DNA of 64,000 bases from an uncultured Acidobacteriaceae bacterium (GTDB taxonomy: Bacteria; Acidobacteriota; Terriglobia; Terriglobales; Acidobacteriaceae): positions 36,034 through 100,033 of the forward strand of contig CAVTYG010000007.1 of assembly GCA_963738905.1 (NCBI GenBank), given 5' to 3'. Numbering within the stretch: position 1 is the stretch's first letter; every line of letters starts with the position of its first letter. Under the pieces are notes generated by a model. The model worked only from the letters and a program-made list of their open reading frames with translations, was not told the DNA's origin and ran no database searches. Positions 53,396 through 60,903 of the stretch are shown piece by piece. The translations under genes and the position numbers were made by a program.

Positions 53396-53414
53396 ACGGC
53401 CGTCAGGGGGAAAC

Positions 53415-53738
53415 ATGGGTGAGGCTTTAAGCAGCCTGGAAGCGCAATATCTATTCTTAACGCAGCATTTGGCGGAATTTCTCGCCGCCTGCAAGACCGA
53501 CGACCAACGCGACCAGATCCGCACCCAGTACGTCACCGCTCGGCGAAATTATTGGGACGCCATCAACAAGATCTTCCACGACGACGATCCCAAGGTCGAG
53601 CAGGCTGTAGCAAAGATGAAGGATGCGCAGACTTCCCTCGAGAAACTCACCAAAGAATTGGCCAACATAGCCAAAGTGATCACGGGTATCACTACCGCGG
53701 TGAAGATCGGTAGCGAGTTAGCCAAGTTGGCCGGCTGA
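53415..53738 (+). CDS. hypothetical small helical protein
   Basis: 107 aa from MGEALSSLEAQY; AGGGGGA lies upstream of the ATG; no recognised motif. Confidence 0.5.
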   Translation: MGEALSSLEAQYLFLTQHLAEFLAACKTDDQRDQIRTQYVTARRNYWDAINKIFHDDDPKVEQAVAKMKDAQTSLEKLTKELANIAKVITGITTAVKIGSELAKLAG

Positions 53739-53927
53739 GGCCCACTCGTCCCCCGCCTGCCCGACGTTGCCAAAGGTAACGCCCAGTCATCAGTTAGTGG
53801 AACCGGGCTCCCTCCTCCTGCGAAAGCCGATTAAGAAGGTGTAGGCTAATAAAAAGACCGACGTTCCATGTGTCCTGCAGATGATCGACTTCCTGTCGAG
53901 CCGATTGCGGGCATCTTGGAACTGGGG

Positions 53928-55129
53928 ATGGATGTGGGCCGGTTGTTGTTGGAAAAGCCAAAATTAAACTTCCGGAAGAAAGCGCCGGCAGCCGTCGCTT
54001 GCTGCGTCTTAACCGCATTGGCCGGGCTCGCGTTGGCGCTTCATGCCGCGCCACCCACGTCGATCACAGACCGCATGAGTACGCTCGAAAGAGTGGCGCA
54101 GCCCGGCTGGTGGCCGACGAAAATGCTGGCCTCCAACAAAGACTACGTCGGCTCCCAAGCCTGTGCGAAATGTCATGCTGCCATTTCGGCTTCCTTCAAG
54201 AACGCGGAGATGAGCAAAGCACTTTTGCCTGCTGCTGATTCCGAGGTCTTGCGCACCCATGAAGGCACTGCCTTCGATCTCGAGTCCTACACCTACAAAC
54301 TCGAAAGTACTCCGCAGGGCCCGCAATTCTCGGTCAGCCAGCGGCTCGGAGTCGGAGAAGATGCCGATTACCTGGGCGTTCGGCGACGGCACCATCGGCC
54401 AGGTCTATTTGAGCGACCTAAAGGGCACTTTTCACGAGAGCCACTTCAGCTATTACGGCGGGACCAAGGGGTTCGACCGCACGACCAACCAGCCCCATCG
54501 CGCTGAGTCCCTCACTTCGGCAGTCGGCCGCAGCCTGATGCCCGACGAGGCTCGCAGGTGCTTTGTCTGCCATTCCGCCGGCGTCACCGCCGAAGGCCCA
54601 TTGAACAATATGTATGCCGGGGGTCACCTGCGAGGCTTGCCATGGACCCGGCGCCGATCACGTCGCCGCCATGAAAGCCGGAGTCGAAGGCGGCGAAGCC
54701 CTCGCACTCAACCCCAAGCGGCTTGATCGGATTGCACAGGTCGACTTCTGTGGAGCCTGTCATGCGACCTGGGTTGATGTGCAGTTGGAAGACGTTACCG
54801 AGGGCTCGACCGTGCGCTTTCCCGCTTATCGTTTGATGAACAGCCGATGCTGGGAGAAGGGAGACAGCCGCATCACCTGCACCGGCTGCCACGACCCTCA
54901 CCAGCCGGTTGTGCGCGACACCGCCTTCTACGACCAGAAGTGCCTGGGTTGTCACCTGACAAAAGCCAGTGCAGGCGCAACCGAAAATCATCCCGGCAAA
55001 GCGTGTCCGCAATCAGACCGTAATTGCGTAAGCTGTCATATGCCCAAACGCGATTTTCCTGACACCCACCATGAATTCACCGACCATAACATTCGCATTG
55101 TTCGTGCGGGCGAGAGGCAACTGCACTAA
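53928..55129 (+). pseudogene. heptahaem c-type cytochrome, split over three frames by two apparent 1-nt insertions
   Basis: Seven CXXCH motifs across the pieces (CAKCH; CFVCH; CEACH, CGACH, CTGCH, CLGCH, CVSCH). The junctions restore FSVS-SGSESEKMPITWAFGDG (about 54336-54342) and NNMYAG-VTCEACHGPG (G5 run at 54619-54623). Confidence 0.8.
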
Positions 55130-55175
55130 CTCGAAATCGATGGGTGACCCTCGCATTCTTCTTTAACGGAGGCTG

Positions 55176-56324
55176 ATGAACAAGCACGTACCGTTGACGC
55201 TCGCAGTGACCGTCGTTCTGGTTGGAAGCGCCGCTCTCCTCTTGCGCGAACCGTTACGCGCGCAAGCCGCCGCTGCAACCAATCCCAAGACCGCGGGCGC
55301 CGCTTTCAAGAACATACAGGTGTTGAAGAACATTCCCGCTGACGAGCTCGTCCCCACGATGCAGTTCATCAGCGCGTCGCTCGGCGTCGAGTGCGATTAC
55401 TGTCACGACGAGCGCGAAAAGGAAAAAGACGACAAGAAGCCGAAGCAGACCGCGCGCGAGATGATGCGCATGGTGTCGGCGGTCAATCAGAACAATTTTG
55501 CCGGTAGGCGCGAAGTCACTTGCAACACCTGTCATCACGGAGCGGTCCATCCTGAAGCTATTCCCGCAATAGCAAACGACACCGCCAAAGCTGCCACATC
55601 AGGTGACGAATTCGCCGACGAAGCCGAGCGCGCCACTTGGCCATCCGCCAGTTCCGTGCTCCAGAAGTACCTCGACGCTCTCGGAGGCTCCGCCGCGTTG
55701 GCGAAAACCACGACCCGCGTCGAGAAGGGAAACGCCCTGCTCGGTCCGGGGCGGCAGCTTCCCATCGAGATTTTCGCTAAGGCGCCGGACCAGCGGGTTT
55801 CCGTGATGCGCACTCCCAACGGCGAGAGCGTGACCGCTTACAATGGCACTACAGGATGGCTCTCCGTACCGGGACGCCCGTCGCGCGAGATGTCGGCGTC
55901 CGATCAGGAGGCGGCAAAGCTCGACGCCACCGCCATGTTCCCCTCGCACCTGCCCGCACTCTTCGCTGAGCTGAAGCTGCAACCACATCCGGAAACGGTT
56001 GAGGGCCACGCGGCCACGGTCGTGTGGGCTCTCGCCAAAAGTCAGCCCCCGGTGAAACTCTACTTCGATCCGCAATCCGGATTGCTGCTGCGCATGGTGC
56101 ACTACACCGACACGCCGTTCGGACTCAATCCCACCCAGGTCGATTACGCCGACTACCGCGATGCCGGAGGCATCAAGACGCCATATCGCTGGACGATCGC
56201 CCGCCCCAGCGGCGCCTTTACCATTCAACTCGACGACGTGCAGAGCAACGTTCCCATCGACGCCGCTCGATTTGCCAAGCCGCCGGCGCCTGAGGCCGGA
56301 GGAGAGAGCGCCACCAGCCACTAA
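55176..56324 (+). CDS. dihaem cytochrome c related to the photosynthetic-reaction-centre cytochrome subunit family, fused to a beta-rich C-terminal domain
   Basis: 382 aa; signal/TM segment; FKNIQVLKNIPADELVPTMQFISASLGVECDYCH..MMRMV..CNTCHHG. Confidence 0.7.
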   Translation: MNKHVPLTLAVTVVLVGSAALLLREPLRAQAAAATNPKTAGAAFKNIQVLKNIPADELVPTMQFISASLGVECDYCHDEREKEKDDKKPKQTAREMMRMVSAVNQNNFAGRREVTCNTCHHGAVHPEAIPAIANDTAKAATSGDEFADEAERATWPSASSVLQKYLDALGGSAALAKTTTRVEKGNALLGPGRQLPIEIFAKAPDQRVSVMRTPNGESVTAYNGTTGWLSVPGRPSREMSASDQEAAKLDATAMFPSHLPALFAELKLQPHPETVEGHAATVVWALAKSQPPVKLYFDPQSGLLLRMVHYTDTPFGLNPTQVDYADYRDAGGIKTPYRWTIARPSGAFTIQLDDVQSNVPIDAARFAKPPAPEAGGESATSH

Positions 56325-56376
56325 TCGCTGCGCGTCATCGTGACTCATCGCGCTGGGATAAGATGGTTCTCCGACC

Positions 56377-57518
56377 ATGACCGCACCATTCGTAAGTGCG
56401 ATTCTTCGCTCAGTCATTTTGGCGACGGCTTTGCTGGGCGGCTTTACGTCTCTGGGTTTTGCCCAAACGTCCGCCACTGGCGGCAAGGTAGAGCCGTGGA
56501 AGTTCGCGGTTTCCGGAGATTCGCGCAACTGCGGCGACATCGTAGTGCCCGCAATCGCCGAGGGTGTTCTGAAAGACGGCGCCGAGTTTTACTGGCACCT
56601 GGGCGACTATCGCGCGATTTACATGTACGACGAGGATTACCTCCATCTCAATCCGCAAGCGGCTATTTCGGATTACGAAACTGCGGCGTGGCCCGACTTC
56701 ATCGATCATCAGCTCAAGGCTTTTGGAAACCTGCCCGTGTTCCTCGGCGTCGGCAACCACGAGCTAATCGCGCCCAAGACGCACGATGCTCTGATCGCCC
56801 AGTTTGCCGACTGGTTCGACTCACCTGTTGTTCGAAGCCAGCGGCTGGCCGACAATCCCGACGATCACCTCGTCCACACCTACTATCACTGGATGGATCG
56901 CGGCGTTGACTTCATCAACCTCGACAACTCGGATCCCGACCAGTTCGGTCCCGGACCAGATGACGTGGATTACCGCCCTGCTGAAACGCGACGCCGCCAA
57001 CCCCGCCGTGCGCGACCCTTGTGCTCGGTATGCATGCCGCGCTGCCCGACAGCCTTTCCGCCGGACACAGCATGAACGACTCTCAGCAGCAGCAGTTCAG
57101 CGGTCGTCAGGTCTATCAGGCGCTAGTGGATTTTCGCCGCACCACGCACAAGAACGTGTACGTGCTCGCCAGCCACTCTCACTACGTGATGAACAACCTC
57201 TATGCGACCGCGTGCCACGCCAAAGACGACGTCCTGCCGGGATGGATCATCGGCACGGCGGGCGCCGTGCGCTATCGCCTGCCTCCGAGTGTGGGTGAAG
57301 CGACGATTGCGCAAACCGACGTGTACGGATACCTGCTGGCTACCGTCGCTCCCGATGCGACCATCACCTTCGAGTTCAAGCCCGTGGAAGAAGGGCAAGT
57401 CCCCGCGAGTGTTACCGATCTTTACGGTAAGGACCAGGTCCACTGGTGCTTCGCCCAGAACAAGGCCAACTACCAGGTGGGCGGGCCAACCTGCCCAATC
57501 ACCTGTTGCGCGCACTGA
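56377..57518 (+). pseudogene. secreted calcineurin-like metallophosphoesterase, split over three frames by two apparent 1-nt insertions
   Basis: GDSRNCGD, GDYRA and GVGNHE lie in piece 1. The middle piece reads DQMTWITALLKRDAANPAVR and the last piece LVLGMHAALPDS..SHSHY. The shifts are at about 56950-56954 and 57011-57016. Confidence 0.75.
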
Positions 57519-57524
57519 AAAGCG

Positions 57525-58397
57525 CTACTGCTTCGTGCGGTACACGACTGTCTTGCCGCCGTATTCGCTGATCTTGAAGTCTGCCGGCACGCTGAATTGC
57601 GACGGATCCGGTTCAGCGCGTTGTATGTTCGTCAACTTGAACGTCTGTTCCCCCAGTCGCGGATCATTCCTCTTGCTCAAAACCGTGGTTTTGAGTTCAG
57701 GAGACGTCCAAACTTCCGTCGTGATGGTGATGGGACGGTCATTGCCAATCTTCCCTGCAGCGATGGTCTGCGTCGTACGGGTTCCGGTCACCTGCACGCC
57801 TTCCATGGTTTGCGTGCCCAGGCTCTCGGTGCTGACGTCGCCGGCTTCCTCGGCCAGCCGTTTCTGGATAAACATCTGCTGTCCCGGCGGTGGAGGTGGC
57901 GGAAGCTCAGCGCCGCCCGCCCGGTGTACAAAGACGGTATCCGTAGTAACGGTTGTGGAGGAAAGCGTTGGCCCGTCCGCGACACCACCCGGCAGCATCG
58001 GGTTCTTCCACGCCGTTTTATCGGTCATGTTGAGCGTGTAGGAAACCCCGGCAACCGGGTCCTGCAAAACCACGAGGTGCGGCGCATCGGCGGCCGAGAG
58101 ATTGCCGATAGCAGGCAGGGGAGCGTCCTGCCGCGTTCTTCCCTGCGAATCCCGCGCGATCGAGCCACTGCTGCTCTGGGTAATGTGAGTGCCATCCCCG
58201 AGCGTCTGCACCGATTCATTCGTGATGGTGGCACTATAAGGCGCGCCCGTCACGACCGCGCTGGGACCGCCAAACGCAGCGAATGTAAACCCGCTGGCAT
58301 GGACCGGCGCTGCTTGTAGGGAGATGGTTCCTACCTCTTGGGCAATAACAAAGCTGGACGTTGCCAAAATCAAAGCAAAGATCAGAGTGCGTTTCAT
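57525..58397 (-). CDS. secreted hypothetical protein
   Basis: 290 aa; signal peptide MKRTLIFALILATSSFVIAQ; T/G/S-rich beta-type composition; last gene of the ECF sigma operon. Confidence 0.6.
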   Translation of the reverse strand: MKRTLIFALILATSSFVIAQEVGTISLQAAPVHASGFTFAAFGGPSAVVTGAPYSATITNESVQTLGDGTHITQSSSGSIARDSQGRTRQDAPLPAIGNLSAADAPHLVVLQDPVAGVSYTLNMTDKTAWKNPMLPGGVADGPTLSSTTVTTDTVFVHRAGGAELPPPPPPGQQMFIQKRLAEEAGDVSTESLGTQTMEGVQVTGTRTTQTIAAGKIGNDRPITITTEVWTSPELKTTVLSKRNDPRLGEQTFKLTNIQRAEPDPSQFSVPADFKISEYGGKTVVYRTKQ

Positions 58398-58441
58398 GTC
58401 AGGTGTTGCTCCTCTTTAAACGGTGTCGTTAAATCGGCAAT

Positions 58442-59001
58442 TCATGGTTGCAGGCGGAATCGTTGCACCGATCCGTCAGCCGCAAGATTCAAACTGGCGG
58501 CATACATCATCCCTTCCGGCATCGCCCCCGGAGGAAACATCGAGTCCGCCGGAATGGCGATCTGGATCGCAGGCTCGGCCATCGCCCAATTCGTTGCTGC
58601 GGGTTTCCGATGCGCCACAACATTTCGCTTTACCGCTGGCTTCACCTGCATGACCGGACGGTTCAACACGGCGGGCGGACCCGCTGTAACCAACTGTGGT
58701 GCGACTTGGGCCTGTGGCGTCGGCTGCCGTAAGAGCACGAACGCGATCAACGCAATGACAGCCGCCGCGGCTGCAGCCAGCGGCAACCATCGTGGAACTC
58801 GCCGAGACTCGATCAGTCGCGGTCGGTGATCTCGGTTAGCGCGCTGTAATAGGCAGCGAAATCGCGGCTTGCGGTTTCACATGCCGAGACGCACTCGCGG
58901 CATTCGACACAAGCCACCACGTGCCGCTCGACTTCTGCGGCTTCGCTAGCCTCGAGCTCGCCATCCATCCATGCCACCAGACGTCCCGAAAAGTCACACA
59001 T
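58442..59001 (-). pseudogene. anti-sigma factor (zf-HC2 plus one TM), split by an apparent 1-nt deletion
   Basis: The 62-aa N-terminal piece carries ERHVVACVECRECVSAC. The next frame carries the TM segment LPLAAAAAAVIALIAFVLL but has no ATG. The second frame is already open from codon 41 of the first piece. Confidence 0.65.
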
Positions 59002-59533
59002 TGCATTTCTCCGCTAGCTTCCTGATCGCTCGTTCGACCACGTCCGCAACCGTCGATGTAGCGATTCCCAGCACCTCTCCGATTTCGCGATACCGCAGTC
59101 CTTCTGCGCGTAGCATCAGGCATTCCCGTTCCTGTGCGGCCAATGACCGGACCGCCACGTTCACTCGTCGAAGTCTCTCGTTCGTCAGGACGGCTTGCTC
59201 CGGCGTCGCCGCATTCGAAGCCGCCTCGAGCACCGGATCGAGCGGCCCACCCATGCGTCGCCCATAACTCTGCTGGTAATTCAGCGCCCGATTATGGGCT
59301 ACGCGAAACAGCCAACTGCGAATGCTCTCCTGCGGTCCGCCTCGTGCCAGATGCTTGTGCAGGCTGAGAAAGGCGTCCTGCACAACATCCTGCGCTTCGT
59401 CCGCCGACAGGCCGAGACCAGCCAGATATCGCAGCAGGGGTTTGCGCAGTTCGCGATACAGATCGGTCGCCTCGCACGAATCGGTCGCAAAGCGCGGGAG
59501 CGGCAAATCTAATGGAAACGAATCGCCACTCAT
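58994..59533 (-). CDS. RNA polymerase sigma-70 factor, ECF subfamily
   Basis: 179 aa; regions 2 and 4 (DVVQDAFLSL..; LRAEGLRYREIGEVLGIATSTV); 8-nt overlap with the anti-sigma start. Confidence 0.9.
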   Translation of the reverse strand: MSGDSFPLDLPLPRFATDSCEATDLYRELRKPLLRYLAGLGLSADEAQDVVQDAFLSLHKHLARGGPQESIRSWLFRVAHNRALNYQQSYGRRMGGPLDPVLEAASNAATPEQAVLTNERLRRVNVAVRSLAAQERECLMLRAEGLRYREIGEVLGIATSTVADVVERAIRKLAEKCNV

Positions 59534-59704
59534 AGAATCCTCAGCATCGCGCCTCTAGTTATAGAACAATTGAGCAGGAGGATTTTCCGGAGGGGCTTTC
59601 GACGAAGAACAGCAAGGCACGATTAGTCCCTTTCGCACCGTCCCTGCGAGTGACGCCCACTTATAGGCAATTATGGAATTGATATCGATATCAAGTATCA
59701 AGTT

Positions 59705-60076
59705 TTGGATCAATCCGGCCAGCCCATTCAGTCGGCCACTATGACCCCGCATGAAAAGGGCACACTGTTTTCCGGGTCAGCCTATGACAATAACATCGGT
59801 CCAGTAACAGGTTATCCAACCAGCGGTCTTACGACCGCGACAGATGGGACATTTCACGATGTTCCGCTAGGTGTGTGTTCTCCAGTACCCATCAGTGCCC
59901 CCGGTCTCACGGCTACCCAGAACATTACAATGGTCATGCCAGGTGGGACCTCTTATCCCGTGCGTAGCCAAACGTTCACCGTCACTGCACCTGGTTCCCA
60001 GAGCTTCGGGCACGGTACGATCTCAAACAACGTTCAGAGTCCAGGTACTGGCTCCGACATTACTAAGATGAGGTGA
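59705..60076 (+). CDS. hypothetical beta-rich ORF, possibly a 5'-truncated gene remnant
   Basis: The frame is open from 59654 with only a TTG (59705) or an internal ATG (59741) as start. No SD or signal peptide. Local GC is lower by eye. Confidence 0.35.
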   Translation: MDQSGQPIQSATMTPHEKGTLFSGSAYDNNIGPVTGYPTSGLTTATDGTFHDVPLGVCSPVPISAPGLTATQNITMVMPGGTSYPVRSQTFTVTAPGSQSFGHGTISNNVQSPGTGSDITKMR

Positions 60077-60079
60077 TAC

Positions 60080-60502
60080 TTGAAACTAGTCTTGGCCATG
60101 TGTGTCGCCATAATCATCCCGTGTCTCGCATACAGCCAGTCAGGCAACGACCCCGAGCAGGTCATTCGTCGAATGGTCCACACGGGGATATTCGAAGGGC
60201 ACGACTCAAAAGTGATTGGCCCAATGGGAGATGCAGCAGCCGTCTTATTAACGAAAATCCTGGCAGGAAGCGACCTCACCGCTGCCAATATTGACATGTC
60301 TCTGCTCGTTCTCCGAGAGTCTTTTGCCGACCCTAGCACGGTGCAGAACGCCGTAGACCGACAACCACGGACCGCCCTATTCGTTTTGAGATGCCTAGAC
60401 TCCTCCACGACAGATCCAAGCGTTAGGAAAAGAATCGCAAACGCTGCTGAGTATGTAGAACAACAATACTTGAAGTCAAAAGGCGCCGCATCCCCGAAGT
60501 GA
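60080..60502 (+). CDS. small secreted helical hypothetical protein
   Basis: 140 aa; signal peptide MKLVLAMCVAIIIPCLAYSQ; starts 3 nt after the preceding stop. Confidence 0.5.
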   Translation: MKLVLAMCVAIIIPCLAYSQSGNDPEQVIRRMVHTGIFEGHDSKVIGPMGDAAAVLLTKILAGSDLTAANIDMSLLVLRESFADPSTVQNAVDRQPRTALFVLRCLDSSTTDPSVRKRIANAAEYVEQQYLKSKGAASPK

Positions 60503-60561
60503 ACCTGTTCCGCGGCTGGCCCGCCCTTTCGCAGTGGGATCATAACTCAACTTCCAAACTG

Positions 60562-60704
60562 GGGTGCCCCACCCTTGTCGCCGCATTTGGCGACAGGGTG
60601 GGCGCTGCCTCACAGGGGCCCGCATATCCCGCGGAGGCCACGCTGGCGGCCCACATATCCCGTGGTCGGGTGCCCCAGGCAAGCCTCCATTGCTTGCCTG
60701 GGTC
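60562..60704 (+). repeat. repeat cluster: GGTGCCCCA plus hairpin (60562-60604), two 18-nt direct repeats GGCCCRCATATCCCGYGG (60618-60635 and 60649-60666), and GGTGCCCCA plus hairpin (60668-60704)
   Basis: Read directly. The stems are CCCACCCTTGTCGCC/GGCGACAGGGTGGG and CCCAGGCAAGC/GCTTGCCTGGG. Confidence 0.7.
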
Positions 60705-60903
60705 CTACGAGTTACGGGATATTGACCATCCTGGCGTCGGGCTGCTATATGAAGGAAAATTGACAATTGACAAGACCTACGGGCACGCCGGTGGCCCATA
60801 ATTGCCTTCGTTTGGCAATTGTGGGCGTTCGCCCCTCTTTCGCGCTAACCGCCAGCCGCCCACATATCCTGCATAGGCTTCCTACAGAATCGCCTCAACC
60901 TCA

